Assembly: GCF_004010195.1 (NCBI RefSeq)
Contig: NC_057757.1
Location: 4,522,807 to 4,586,806, forward strand
Direction of reading: 5' to 3'
DNA: 64,000 bases
Origin: Chiloscyllium plagiosum
Taxonomy: Eukaryota
Shown: one piece after another, positions 1 to 12,713 of the stretch
How positions within the stretch are numbered: position 1 is the first letter of the stretch
Layout of the letters: every line of letters starts with the position of its first letter
The notes under the pieces: generated by a model
Databases searched by the model: none
Told to the model about the DNA's origin: nothing
What the model saw: the letters and a program-made list of their open reading frames with translations, nothing else
Position numbers and translations under genes: made by a program

Positions 1-2695
1 GTTTATCGCCAAATTCACATAACCTTTGTTTTGCAAATAATATTTCCCTCTTAGCCGTTTGGGTAAGTGTGGTATTCAGAGCTGTCCTAAGGGCCGTAAT
101 CCTTTGTAGTTTGATAATAGAAGGTCTGTCAGTGTATGCTGTTTCAGACGCTGTTGTTCTCCCTTGAGTTTTTTCTGGGTCGCCGAGTATGAAATGATCA
201 AACCTCGCGCTGTAAGCTTTGATGGTCTCCCACATCATTGATGGGTTGCTAGCCATACCTGAATTAATTTCTAAAATATTTTTAAATTCTTGAGAGAAGT
301 ACTTACCAAATTTACTATCTTTCATCAGGAAGGGGTCCATACGCCAATGTCAGGGGGATGTCTCATTGTTCCTCACCTTGATTTCCATATATACAGCAGC
401 GTGATCAGAAATTTTTATACTACCTATTTTACAGGATGATATGGAATTTAAAAAAAATCAAGGGGGCAAAAAACATATCAATTCTGGTGTGACATTTATG
501 TGGATTGGAGTGAAAAGAAAAATATCTGCCCTGTGGATGAAGGCATCTCCACACATCTACTAATCCTAATTCTTTGTTCAGATCCACCAATTGTCTGGAT
601 CTGGGGGAAAATCCTGCAGTACTCCTGGGAATCCTATCTATTTCCAGGTCAATAATACAATTAAAGTCTCCCCCTATTATTGTATGACAAGCACCGAGAG
701 CCATCAATTTGGAGGAGGCTTCCGTTATAAATTTAAAAGGATGTGCTGGGCGACAATACAGATTTAAGATCCCATATTCCTCTCCATTTATAAGGGCTTT
801 AATTAGAATATATCATCCAGATTAGTCTTTTATCTGATTTAGGATTTTGAAAGGGAGATTCTTCTGAATAAGGATGACAACTCCCCTATTTTTTGAACTG
901 AAGGAAGAAAAGAAGGCCTGATTAAATCCACCCTGTCGTAATTTCCAGTGTTCTTTATCCAATAAATGTGTCTCCTGTAGGAGAGCTATATCAACCCTTT
1001 CTTTCTTGATGTTTGATAATATTTTCTTTCTTTTGATTGGTGAATTACTCCCCTTGATATTCCAGGTGCACCATTTAATCGACTGATTAACCGGGCAAGT
1101 CCCCTCGGAAGAAGAAACCCCATCCAAAACATCCCGAGCATAGAACATATAAAGGTTCTTTAATACACTCACATCAATATAATAAAAAACTATTTCTAAA
1201 TAAAAAAAACATATTTAAATGGAGATTTCCCCCTTGTTCCCAGGGGGCATCACTTCCTTTCTAAACACCCATCATATCCTCTCCCAACCAATGCCCCACC
1301 CTTGACCCAAACGATAGAATAAAGAAAATTCAAATATACTACAAAGCTAGAGTTAACAGTGAATATCCTCCCCCCTCCCCCCCCACACCAACACCTAGAT
1401 ATATTTGGTAATGTTAATACCATGTATGTACATATATAACTATAAAATTACAGTCTCAACAAATAATTAAATATAGCAATACATAATAACAGGTGAAAAC
1501 AGCCCCACTCTTAAAGACATTAACTAGACCCACCCGGCCTATAAACCCCTCTCCTCAGCCCCCCAAGATAATATTAAACAGTAAGGTGATAAAAGGCAAA
1601 AAAAAAGGGGGTGAACAAGGAGGGGGAGGGCAGAACAACATCATTCACCACTCTAATTAACTCTTACAATTTATCTGAGAGAGTCCAGAAATTCCTTTGC
1701 CTTCTCCGGCGATCCGAAGTTGTACACAGACCCTTCATGGCTAAGACGTAGCGTTGCTGGGTAGCGCAGGGAGTACTGGATGGTTAAGTCCCTTAAACGC
1801 TTCTTCGCTTCGTCAAATGCCTTCCTCTTTCCGACCAAAGCTGGGGAGAAGTCCTGGAATAGCATAATCTTGGATCCTTTGTAAATCATGGCTTGGGGAT
1901 CTTTCCCAAGATTTCTGGAAGCTTCTAAAAGCATCTGCCTCTCCTTACAGCTCTGCAGCTGAAACAGGACCAGGCGGAGCCGCTGGTTCAAGTCGGGCCC
2001 GCGCATAGCAACCCGGTAGGCCCATTCTACCCTCATCTGGCCTGATCCAGCCTCCACATTTAACAGCTGTGGAAGTCACTGCTGGAGAAACGCTCTAAGC
2101 TGGCCTTCCTCTTCCCGTTCGGGAAGGCCCAGCAAATGAATATTTCTTCGACGACCTCGATTCTCAAGGTCGTCGATGTGATTTTCTAAGGTCCGGACCC
2201 ACTGTTCGAGAGTCCGGACCCGACCCACGGCAGATTCTGTGGTAGTCTCGGAGGTTGTGGCATTTAGCTCCGCCCCTCTGATTCGGCACTTGATTTCCTT
2301 GCTGTCTCAGTCGTGCTTTTGTAGCGCGGTGAATTCTATCTGCCCCGAGGCTCTTCGATGAAGGCGTTGATCTTCGCATCAAGTTTGGAAATTACTTCCC
2401 TGAGGCTCGCCACCATAGGTAAGTCCCCCGGGGCGGCTGCGGATGCCTCTGCTGCAGCCAGGGAGGGTAGGGAAGGGGTTCCTGTGTGCTGAGAACTGCG
2501 GACACCTTTCCCTTTAGTCATTTTTGCACGAGACTAGACTGTTTAAATTTAGTACAGAGCAACTAATTATATTAAATAAAAACTATTTTAAATGAATTGG
2601 TAGGTGTGGTGGAGGTGGGTGGGTCATTTTGCCCAAGTCTTGGGAGGAGCACTATAGACTCAGCCCTGCTGGGTCGCCGCCATCTTGGATCTCCC
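1..2695 (-). mobile_element. L1-clade LINE, 5' half (5'UTR, ORF1, inter-ORF spacer, ORF2 APE endonuclease), degraded; continues beyond window start
   Basis: ORF1 pieces 1671-2521 (RRRNIHLLGLPEREEG by manual translation; IMLFQDFSPALVGKRKAF, YSLRYPATLRL = L1 ORF1 family). ORF2 pieces with APE motifs WNIKG, IALLQETH, GGDFN, DVWR, RIDMF, SDH; stops and frameshifts. 5' end reads GGGAGATCCAAGATGGCGGC on -. Confidence 0.9.
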
Positions 2696-2784
2696 GTTCT
2701 TCCATCTTAATTCTAGTTGTGACTGATATCAATGAGCAATTTGACTTCCTCACTGCCTCTCTCACATCCACATTAACTTTCACT

Positions 2785-3104
2785 GATTCAGTGGTTAGCA
2801 CTACTGCCGCACAGCTACCAGGGACCCGGGGTTGATTCCAGATCCATCTGTGTGGAGTTTGCACATTCTCCCCATGTCTGTGTGGGTTTCCACCCACAGT
2901 CCAAAGATGTACAGGTTAGGTGGATTTGCCACACTGAAATAATCCATAGTTTTCAGGGATGTGTAGGCTAGGTGGAGAAGTCACAGTAAATATGGGGTTA
3001 CAGGATATGGAAGGGGACTGGGTGTGGGTGGGATGCTGTTCAAAGGGTCAGTATGGACTCAATGGACTGAATGGCCTCCTTCTGCACTGTAGGGATTCTA
3101 TGAT
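2785..3104 (+). mobile_element. HE1-type tRNA-derived SINE (diverged)
   Basis: CAGTGGTTAGCACT...TGTGGAGTTTGCACATTCTCCCC...CCCACAGTCCAAAGATGT...ACTGTAGGGATTCTATGATT, same family as 16608-16908. Confidence 0.8.
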
Positions 3105-3941
3105 TCCAAGATTTGCAAAGAAAGCTAGCTCCCTCCACACACCAATAAAATGAACCTTCTCATCCATCAATAAATATGCTATCTTTAACCTTCCTTTGGG
3201 AAGAGCTTACATTTGCAATTGAACACGTCTTTCTCTGTCTGCAATATTCTTCTCCATTGTTCAGATCTGTCTATATTCTGCAGAGCTTTCTCTTCCCCTT
3301 CCCCACTTCCAGTTATAACCTTCACCTTCATATAATCAGGAAACATGGAAAAGCTATACACATTGCACACCTCAAATATTAACACAGTTTGTCAGCAGCT
3401 GCTAGAACTGCAGTGTGCCATGAAGTACAGGTCACCAAATCAAAAATGTCTAGTTAATTCTTAATTTCTGTTCATTCATCAATTCTCAGTCCACAGCAAT
3501 TTTATTAATAATACACCTCAAGTCATATTTTTACAACATAAACATAGCTGAGGCTTTACCTTGTTTTTGATGCTTGAATAGACAGTCATCAACTAACCAT
3601 CGTATCCATTGTGCAATCTACATTCTCAGAATCTCTCAGATTTCACAATATCATGTTGCTTTCATTAACCTGTGCTCATTCTGCCTAATTCTGTTGTGAG
3701 TTTCAAAGTATCCCTTTAAAAGGAGCCTAATATTAAATCTGTAATAATGGATTCCATCTTTTTGTGTACTACCAATGTTAGTTCAACTGGTTATATTTTC
3801 CTACTTGCATTCTCCCACCTTTCTTCAAAGTTAGCCATAGCTCAGACCTTCCATTTCTTTGGAACTGTTCTGGAATGTAAGTACTTGCTGTGGCTGCATT
3901 GTTAATTTGCTATTCAGCATCTCCTTATTCCTCTTTTACAG

Positions 3942-4846
3942 CCAACTTGGTGACAATTGCCATCCTCGGCCAGGGAAAGTGTGGTCTCTCTAAGTGTGTC
4001 ACTCGGTATCTGATGGCCATGGCAGTGGCTGATCTATTGGTCATCCTCAATTACATAATCCTGACACGAATTAAGGCCTTTTATTTTCCAACTAACTTTC
4101 TGTTCATTACTCCAGTGTGCTCCATCCAATCTGCTCTAAATCATGCTTCTACAGATATTTCGGTCTGGCTAACAGTTGGTTTTACTCTTGATCGTTTTGT
4201 CGCCATTTGTTGCCAGAAGTTGAAGACTAAATATTGCAGTGAAAGAACAGCAACTGCCATCATAGGATTGATCTGTCCCTTCTTCTGTTTAAAGAACATA
4301 CCTTGGTACTTTGCTTATGAATCCATAATTAGAAAGGACAATGTACCATGGGGTTGCAATAGAAAACGAGATTATTATACTGTAAATGCTTGGATAGCAT
4401 ATAATTGGATTCACCGATGCTCTGCACCGCTGCTGCCAATATTTCTGATACTGCTGCTTAATGCCCTGACAGTCAGTCACATTTTAGCATCCAGTAAGGC
4501 CCGTCAGAGATTACGGACCAACCGGGATCTTCAGAATCAAAATGATCCCGAGATGGAGAACCGGAGAAGGTCTGTCATCTTACTCTTTGCCATATCTGGA
4601 AACTTCATCCTGCTGTGGGTTTCCTATGTCATCTACTTCTTACTGATCCGTGTCACACACCATTATTATTCACGTGGTTTCCATGACCCCATGTACATCC
4701 TTGATCAAACCAGTCACATGCTCCTCCTTTTGAGCTGCTGCACAAACACATGTATTTATGCGGTGACCCAGAGGAAATTTAGAGAACAGCTCATCAACGG
4801 GGTGAGATATCCACTGAAAGCAATGTCTCAACTCATACGAAAATGA
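3942..4846 (+). CDS. Class A GPCR, GPR139/GPR142-like; main coding exon (end of TM1 to stop); first exon not found in window
   Basis: Acceptor ctcttttacag at 3931-3941, phase 1 ((A)NLVTIAIL). Open to TGA 4846. Motifs MAVADLL (TM2), TLDRF (DRY-like), DPEMENRRRSVILLFAISGNFILLW (ICL3/TM6), SCCTNTCIY (TM7). Confidence 0.88.
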
Positions 4847-5374
4847 GATACTGAGTGCTTTCCAGCACTAGATCTTGCTTATATCCCATATCCCAACTGA
4901 TATATGACCTGAACCAGAGTCAATCTTTTCCACAAAATGCCACAAAGTACAATAACTGAAACATACTAAATAAGAATGAATGAGCTGGGGATACTGTTTG
5001 CATTAGGGATCATGTTAGATTGCAATAGTGGCTCCAGTTTAACATCTCATTTCTACCATCATCATTGGTAATCACTCGCTGACAAGTGTGATTGACCATC
5101 TTGGAAAGTCCATGTCACTGGTGACAGATTCTGTGGATCTCTGAGTGGTGGATGACCCAATCCTAGAGCTACATTTCCCACCATATTTGGCAGGTGTTTC
5201 CGGGAAGGTAAAATTGGTCCCTGGTCTTGAAATTACTAGCATTTCTTTCTCCGGTTCCTCTTCTGCCCTTCCTCTACCCGCCAGGTGTGCTCATAGAGTT
5301 GCGTCCCTTAATACAGGAGCTTCCTCTAAGTCAGTTTCTCCTGAACAAGGGTCTCCCACTCCCTGAGCGCTGAC

Positions 5375-5652
5375 TCAGTGGGATAGCACTACTGCCTCGC
5401 AGCACCAAGAATCTGGGTTCAAGTCTAACCTTGGGCAACTATGTGGGACTTGCACATTTTCCCTGTGTCTGCATGTGTTTTTCTCTGAGCGTTATGGTTT
5501 CCACCCCCAGTTCATAAATGTGCAGACGAGATGGATAAGCCATGGTATAAATTGCTGACAGCAATACGGTGGTAGGGTTGGGTTGCTCTTTGGTGGATTG
5601 CTGAAGACCTGATGGGCCAAGTGGCCTCTTTTGCACTGTAGGGATTCTATGA
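5375..5652 (+). mobile_element. HE1-type SINE (diverged)
   Basis: AGCACTACTGCCTCGCAGCACC head and CACTGTAGGGATTCTATGATT tail. Confidence 0.7.
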
Positions 5653-6281
5653 TTGACATCAATGTCACATTCCTTGAAGGAAGCCTTCAGGGACTCTGAA
5701 ATGTTTCATTTTACCTCCTCCCCTTCATTTCTGCACAGAACTGGGCACAACAGTGGGGGCTGGGTGAAATCAAACTGCTGGAGAAACTCAGCAGGTCTGG
5801 CAACAGTTGTGGAGAGAAAGCAGAGTTATTGTTTTGAGTGAGAGCAACAGGGAAGATAGGAGCAGGAGGAGGCTATTTAGCCCTTGAGCCCACTCCATCA
5901 TTCAATGTAATAATGAGTAGTTATTGAGTTCAATGCTCTCATCCTGATCTCCACCATATCCCTTGATCCCTTTAGCCACAGAAGCTGTGCCTCCCTCCTC
6001 CTGGATGAAAAAAAAAAGTCCAGGCGTCTTCCTTCACCGTTTTTGTGAGGCTTGGGACTATGCATACTTAAAGCAAAATATAACAGTCAATGAAGCAACA
6101 AAATACCCAAACGTGTCCATAGCAATATACAAACAAATGAATGAACACACATTTAAAAAAGGTGAATATTAGAATACACCAATCTTCAAATATGTGAACC
6201 TTCAGATACACAAATGTACACATAGCTAACAAGAAAGGGAGTCACGAGATAAATGCCAGGGGAAAGCACATAACTAATGTG

Positions 6282-6436
6282 GATTAGTGGTGCTGGATTA
6301 GCACAGCAGTTCAGGCAGCATCCGAGGAGCAGTATCGGGCAAAAGCCCTTCATCAGGGCCGCCTGAACTGCTGTGCTCTTCCAGCACCACTAATCCAGAA
6401 TCTGGTTTCCAGCATCTGCAGTCATTGTTTTTACCT
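6282..6436. mobile_element. Short palindromic Penelope pLTR-derived insertion
   Basis: Inverted arms GATTAGTGGTGCTGGA / TCCAGCACCACTAATC; 14-bp TSD ACATAACTAATGTG at 6268-6281 and 6437-6450. Confidence 0.75.
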
Positions 6437-6539
6437 ACATAACTAATGTGATCTATACTTTCAACAAAGAGAAATTCTGGGACTTAAAACTCAATGTGTT
6501 TTAAGAGAAATAAAAGTTTTTTGAGAGAGAAATAGTAGC

Positions 6540-7935
6540 CTTTTATTTGTCATTTCTACCACATACAACTGACACAGTAAAAATGAGACAGTGTTCCTCC
6601 AGGACCAAGGGTGCTACATGGACAGCACAAACAACATGATTGTAAATGACATAAAGTGCATAAGAAGTGCAAAAACACGCAAGTCACAGTGTGATATAAA
6701 AATGATAAATAATTGACATTTTTCTAGCATTCGAAGTCATGCAAAGATTTGAGATGGTGAAGAGTCCAATTATACAATGTCAAGGAGCCTGATGGCTTGG
6801 GGGAAGAAATTGTTGCACAGTCTGCCCGTGAGAGACTAAGTGTTCCAGACTCTTCTACCAGATGGCAGGAGGAAAACAGTTTGAGTGAGGGGTGTGGGAG
6901 GTCTTCCACAATCCGCTTAGCCTTTTGGATGCAGTGTGTGTTTTAAATGTCTGTGATGGAGAGGAGAGACAGCCCGATGATCTTCTCAGCTGTTCTGACT
7001 ATCCGTTATAGGGTCTTACAATCAGAGATGGTGCAATTCTCAAACCAGGCAGTGATGCAGCCACTCAGGGTACTCTCAATGAACCCTCTGTAGAATGTGG
7101 TGAGGATGGGTAGCAGGTGGACTTTCCTCAGCCTACACAGAAAGTAGAGATGCTGCTGGGCGTTTTGCTGTCTTTGGATCTGGTGTGGAGGGTCCAGATG
7201 AGACTCCCCGACAGGTGTGTGCCAAGAAATTGGGTGCTCTTCACTATCTCCACGGGGGAGCTGTCGAGGTCCGGTGTAGAGTGGTTGCTCAGTGTCCTCC
7301 TGAAGTCAACGACTATCTCTTTCATCTTGACCATGTTCGGAGACAGGTCGTTGGCCCTGCACCAGACCGTGAGCCACTGCACCTCTTCTCTGTATGTTGA
7401 CTCATTCATGCTGATGAGACCCACTACGGTCATATCATCAATGAACTTGATGATGTGATTCAACCTGTGTATCGCTGCACAGTCATGTGTCAGGAGGGTG
7501 AGCTTATAGTGGATTGAGCACACAGCCCCAGGGGAGGGGTTGGGGGTGCATGCTCAGTGTGACACTGTTGAAGATGCTGTTCCCAATTCGGACAACTGAG
7601 GCCTCCCAGTCAGGAAGCCCAGGATCCAGTTACAAATGGAAGCATTTAAGCCGAGCTTTCCAATCAGGTGCTGAGGAATGTTAGTGTTAAATACAGAACT
7701 GAAGTCTATGAACAGTATTCTGATGTAAGTGTCCTTCTTCTCCAGGTGGGTGAGGGCCAGATGGAGGGTGGTAGAAATGACATCATCTGTTGAGCAGTTG
7801 AGTCGAAACACAAACTGCAGGGTGTCCAGCAAGGGGGAGGGGGGGAAGCAGGGTGGCAGCAGGGTCTTAATATGCCTCATCACAAGCCTCCTGAAGCACT
7901 TCATGATGACGGGTGTAAGCGCAAAGGACAGTTGT
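6540..7935 (-). mobile_element. Rex1/Babar-like non-LTR retrotransposon, RT to 3' end, degraded
   Basis: [59 protein letters not shown] in ORFs 7128-7523 and 7554-7976. Confidence 0.8.
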
Positions 7936-8199
7936 TGTTGAGACGAAATTGTGGTAAAAAATACCGATGTCAGCAATTTAATAAAGAATCGTTAGCAGGC
8001 AAATGACATCGTTGACTACAACTGTAATTGTATAGTAAGCTAAATAATAACTCAGTTGTCAGTTTACATGAAATCAGAAATCACCCATAAGTCTTAGAAA
8101 TCCAAGGGACTAGTGAGAATGACAAACTGGGAAAGAAGTGTTGTGAAAACAAACCTGTTCTGGTGAAAGTAATCATAGTTTAAGTTGACAAACCCCCAG

Positions 8200-8735
8200 A
8201 GCACAGTGACTGCACTGAGTACTTTGAAGACCATTTTCGTGGTATTTCCTGTATTCAAGTAGATACTGGCTTTCAAATAGCCCATGGTTTTGTAGCATGA
8301 CACATGATATACTTCATTCAAAACTCCATTGCCTGGACTACTGTTGAATTAATGCATTACATAATAACATCATTCATTGTGATTCCATTGTTAAACACAT
8401 TGACAGTCAGAAACATTATATTACCCAACAGAGCTCACAGGAGACTCCAAGGTCAGATGACTGGGGACAGTGGCAGTGACCCAGGAGATGGGGAAAGCAG
8501 AGGAAATCCATGATTTTGCTGTTTGTTATACCTGGGTGGTGTTCATTGTTTATTCCATATTGAAGCGATTTGATTACTTGGGATATCCGGTTCCTCTACT
8601 AACATTTGTGAGAAAGATTGGCTTCATGCTCCAGTTTCTGAGTTGCTACACAAACACCTTTATGTAGTTACCCAGAGGAAACTATGAAGAGTTGAAGAAT
8701 GAGATAACGCATCCCTTCACAAAGTTGATCAAAGT
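8200..8735 (+). pseudogene. GPR139-like GPCR pseudogene fragment (TM4-TM7)
   Basis: Broken frames give LLNTLTVRNII..NRAHRRLQG..DP/EM.KQRKSMILLF, TWVVFIVY, GFMLQFLSCYTNTF/VTQRK, colinear with the 3942-4846 protein; frameshifts, deletions and stops. Confidence 0.8.
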
Positions 8736-9078
8736 AATTAGATGATGTCTTCTGCCAATGCCCAACGTCAGTAAGAATGTTCATTAGACTCAAAATGTTA
8801 ACTTCATTTCTTTTGAGTTTCTCCATCGATTTCTGTTTGTGATCACTGATAACTGTCCATCCACAGTTCTTTATTTTATTTATTCTAACATTAATATGCC
8901 CAGTTTGTTTCATGCTGTGTTCGATTGTGTGTTTGGTGCAGTTTAAATTTTTTTTCATAAAACGGCCCTATTTGAGAAAGTTGTGTCACTGCTCAGATCA
9001 TTAAATACATAATGTCTCAAGATTAAAATTCAGATCTGAGTTACCCACCTTTTGTATGCTTGATACTTGATGAAGAGC

Positions 9079-10035
9079 GATGTGTGGCTTAGGGACAGGT
9101 AGCATTGAGGAGGCAGGGAGGCTGCAGAAGGATTTGGGCAGGTTAGGAAAGCGGGCAAAGAAGTGGCAGATGGAGTACAACGTGGGAAAGTGTGAGGTCA
9201 TGCACGTTGGTAAGAATAGATTATTTTCTAAATGGGGCAGAAATTCAGAAATCTGAAGTGCAAAGAGATGTGGGAGTTCTAGTCCAGGATTCTCTCAAGG
9301 CAAACTTGCAGGTTGAGTCAGTAATTAGGAAAGCAAATGCAATGTTGGCATTTATTTTGACAGGATTTGGTTATAAAAGCAGGGAGGTACTTTTGAGGGT
9401 CTATAAGGATCTGGTCAGGCCATGTTTGGAGTAGTGTGTGCAGTTTTGGGCCTCATATCTCAGGAAGGATGCAGCGTGTTTAAAGGGGGTTCACAAGAAT
9501 GGTGGGAGAAAGTGAGGACTGCAGATGCTGGAGAGCAGAGTTGAAAAGTGTGGTGCCGGGAAAAGCTCAGCAGGCCAGGCAGCATCCGAGGAGCAGGAGA
9601 ATCAACAAGAATGGCCCCAGGAATGAAAAGTTTAACATATGATGAATGTTTGAGGACTATGGGTTTATACTGGATGGAGTTAAGGAGGACGATGGGGCAT
9701 CTAACTGAAACATACAGCATACTGGACGGCCTGGTCAAAGTAGATGCTGGGAAGATATTTCCATTGGTAGGAAAGACTTGGAGCTGAGGGCATAGACTTA
9801 GAGTTTAGGGAAGACCCTTTAAAATGAAGATAAGGAGAGATTTCTTCAGCCAGAGAGTCATGAATCTATGAATTCACTGCCACAGAATATATTTAAGACT
9901 GAGATAGATAGGTTCTTGAGTATGGTTATGGGGAGAAAACAGGAGAACGGGGTTGAGAAACTGATCAGCCATAATGGAATAGTGGTGCAGACTCAATGGG
10001 CTGAATGGCCTCATTTCTGCTCCTATGTCTTAAGG
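9079..10035 (+). mobile_element. CR1-type LINE 3' part, interrupted at ~9504-9604 by a Penelope pLTR fragment
   Basis: QRDVGVLV, KANAMLAFI, YKDLVRPCLE motifs; insertion flanked by duplicated ACAAGAATGG. Confidence 0.85.
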
Positions 10036-10149
10036 CCTTATGTATCAAAATGAGATTGGATTACTGTATTAAGTATTTAACAATGGCTTCAATAATGAAA
10101 ACTGCTTAACTTTCTAAGTTGACACAAGGGCAAACCTATGAAATGCATG

Positions 10150-11170
10150 AAGTTAAAAATCACACAACACCAGGTTACAGTCCAACAAATGTATTTGGAA
10201 GCACTAGGTTTGGGAGCACTGCACCTTCTTCAGGTGTTTGTCAAGCAGGACTAGAAGATACAAAACTTACAGCAAAATATTACATGCAAGTAAAATGATA
10301 AAATTAACAACAATCGAGGATTGTTCAGTCTTTCATCTTTTAGAAAGAGTTACAGGGTTTGGTTCATTAATATGTAAATCCCAGAACTTTGAAGTTACAT
10401 TCTCAAGTTAAGGTTTTATATATAAAAAGGTGACATTTCGGCTCAGACAATACATTAAAAGTTTGAGGTTCAGAGTCAGTCTGTATCTTAATCTTGACTC
10501 AGACTGGTTCTATTTTCCAAAGTGGAATTGACCCAATATTATATGGATTGACTGCCTACCGGTTGTGCATGTATTGAGCAAAATTGAATATATCTGTCGT
10601 TATAATTCTGCAAATACCAATTCACCCTGTGGACTTCTGTGTGTGCGTGCGAAAGAGAGAGACAGAATGTGAGCGTGTGCGTGTGGATGTGCGCGCATAT
10701 GCCCCAAAAAAATACACATCTGGTAAGTACCCAATGCAGACAGTCAATCCATATAATAATGTTGTAAATAGGACTAGTCCTGAGTCAAGATTGCAATATG
10801 GACAGACGCTGACTTCACACCTTTAATGCATTGTCTGAGCTGAAATGTTACTTTTTAATAAAACATTAACTTATCTTGAGAATGTAGTTCTGGGATTTAC
10901 TTGTTAATGAACTGAAACCATAACCCATTCTAAAAGATGGAAGACTTAACAACAATCGAGGTTTGTTAAATGTATCATTTTACTTGCATGACAATAACCT
11001 TTTGGTATAAATTCTTTGTCTTACGGTCTTGCTTCACAACCACCTGATGAAGGAGCAGCGCTCTGAAAGCTAGTGCTTCCAAATAAACCTGTTGGACTCT
11101 AACCTGGTGTTGTGATTTTTGTTTAAAAAACTTTGCCCACCGCAGTCCACCATCAGCTCCTCCACATTAT
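10150..11170. mobile_element. Penelope-like element remnant with long inverted terminal repeats (~350-bp arms)
   Basis: 10156-10510 is approximately the reverse complement of 10775-11120 (AAAATCACACAACACCAGGTTA / TAACCTGGTGTTGTGATTTT); hammerhead-like motif in each arm. Confidence 0.7.
11041..11075 (+). ncRNA. Minimal type-I hammerhead ribozyme motif
   Basis: CAC-CTGATGA-A-GGAGC-AGC-GCTCT-GAAA-GCTA-GTG: core CUGANGA and GAAA, stem II GGAGC/GCUCU, stem I CAC/GUG, palindromic AGCU stem III. Confidence 0.7.
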
Positions 11171-11297
11171 GAAAACAGGGCAAATGCGTAAAAACAGAAA
11201 TCTCAATCAGAAAAGACATCAACAATTCTAAAGTACAGTGCTGCAAATATCCGCCACAGTTGCCAGGTAACCTGTACATTGTGTCTGCTGGCAATTG

Positions 11298-11432
11298 CTA
11301 AAATAGGATTTGAGGTCTGAAATGCATCTGCTCTGTTGCATTGTTGGACAATGCTGTCTTCAACATCCCCTTGGGATTTCATTCTTTGTATATATTGCAT
11401 GCCCCGCTCTTTTCTCTGAGATGCTGCTTTTG
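11298..11432 (-). pseudogene. ZNF622: ZNF622 last coding exon
   Basis: Acceptor ttcctcacag; KAASQRKERGMQYIQRMKS, +1 frameshift near 11373-11375, then KGMLKTALSNNATEQMHFRPQILF-TAG. Confidence 0.88.
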
Positions 11433-12089
11433 CTGTGAGGAAAGAGAGAACGTGAAAAATCATCACCAATTTACAATCAGATCATTCGTGCTCATTCGGA
11501 TCTTTTTAAAGGAAGAAATGGAGTTGATTATGTATTATCAACCTTAATACTGTCAACAGGAAATACCTTACGTTTAATTCGATTGTAAAACGGAATCCAC
11601 AAAATAAGTGGAATTTTCCACAAATTCAGAGGTTTCAAGCACTCAAGGTACATTCAAGCAAACACACGAGAAGCTCAGCTCACTGTTTATTTAATGCATC
11701 AGTCAGCAGAACACAATTTTTTTGAATCAGGAATCACAAATCACGCTAAAGATTCAGATGGGTATTTTTCAGCATTCCAGACTCATCACAGAGCTTAACA
11801 ACCTCTGCCTCCATTGCTTATTCCTTGCTGCAACAACCCCGCCCCCCCCCACACCCCCCCACTTAGACAATAATCGTTCATTACCTTTTCATTCACAGCT
11901 ACCGTAGACACCATAAAATTACAACATTCAAAAGATATATGGATGGATACATGAATCGGAAAGATTGGAGGGATATCAGCCAAGAGCAGGCAGGTGGGAC
12001 TAGTTTAGTTTGGGATTGTGGTCAGCATGGGCTTGTTGGGCCTGATTCCACGCTAAATGACTCTATAATTGTAGTATCTGTACAAAATA

Positions 12090-12412
12090 AAAGCAGGCTA
12101 TTTGGCCCATCGAATTTACACTGATCCTCTGGAAAGCATCCCACCCAAACCCAATCCCTTACCATATCCTTGGGACCATGCACTTCCCACAGCTAATCCA
12201 CCTAGCCTGCACACTATGTACAAGTTAGCATGGTCAATCCTCCTAACCAGCACTCCTTTGGACTACAGGAGGAAATGTGAGCACTCGGAGGAAGCCCACG
12301 CAGACATGGGGAGAATGTGCAAATTCCACATAGACAGTTGGCTGAGGGTGGAATCGAACCCAGGTTCCTGGCACTGAGAGGCAGCAGTGCTAACCATTGC
12401 GTCACCATGCTG
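12090..12412 (-). mobile_element. HE1-type SINE
   Basis: GAGGCAGCAGTGCTAACCA and GGGGAGAATGTGCAAATTCCACA on +. Confidence 0.8.
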
Positions 12413-12572
12413 CTCTTATTGCATTTTAAATTCTTTCTAGTTCTGATGAAAGATCAGAGTTGAAATGTTAGCTCTGTATCTCTCTTTCTGCAAATGCTGC
12501 CAAACTCAAGTGTTTCCAGCAGGCTTTTAACTTCAGATTTCCACTATCCATAGTATTACTCTTCTGACTTAC

Positions 12573-12713
12573 CAAGCTCACTTGACCAGCCTAATGCCTT
12601 GTATTGTTGCAGCACTCTGCCCAAGGTGCAAGTCCCAGTAGTAGCCACTGCTCTAGAAATACCAAAATGTTGTTTACAATATCTCAGCAACGATCGATGA
12701 CCAATTCTAGCAC
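12573..12713 (-). pseudogene. ZNF622: ZNF622 coding exon 5
   Basis: ttttcatag|(G)ARIGHRSLLRYCKQHFGISRAVATTGTCTLGRVLQQYKALGWSSEL|gtaagt; 141 nt, phase 1-1. Confidence 0.9.

Noticed and set aside
3890..3941. ORF-track N-terminus of the GPCR (MAALLICYS...)
   Set aside because: GTG start inside what looks like intron; a clear acceptor at 3940-3941 marks the exon start.
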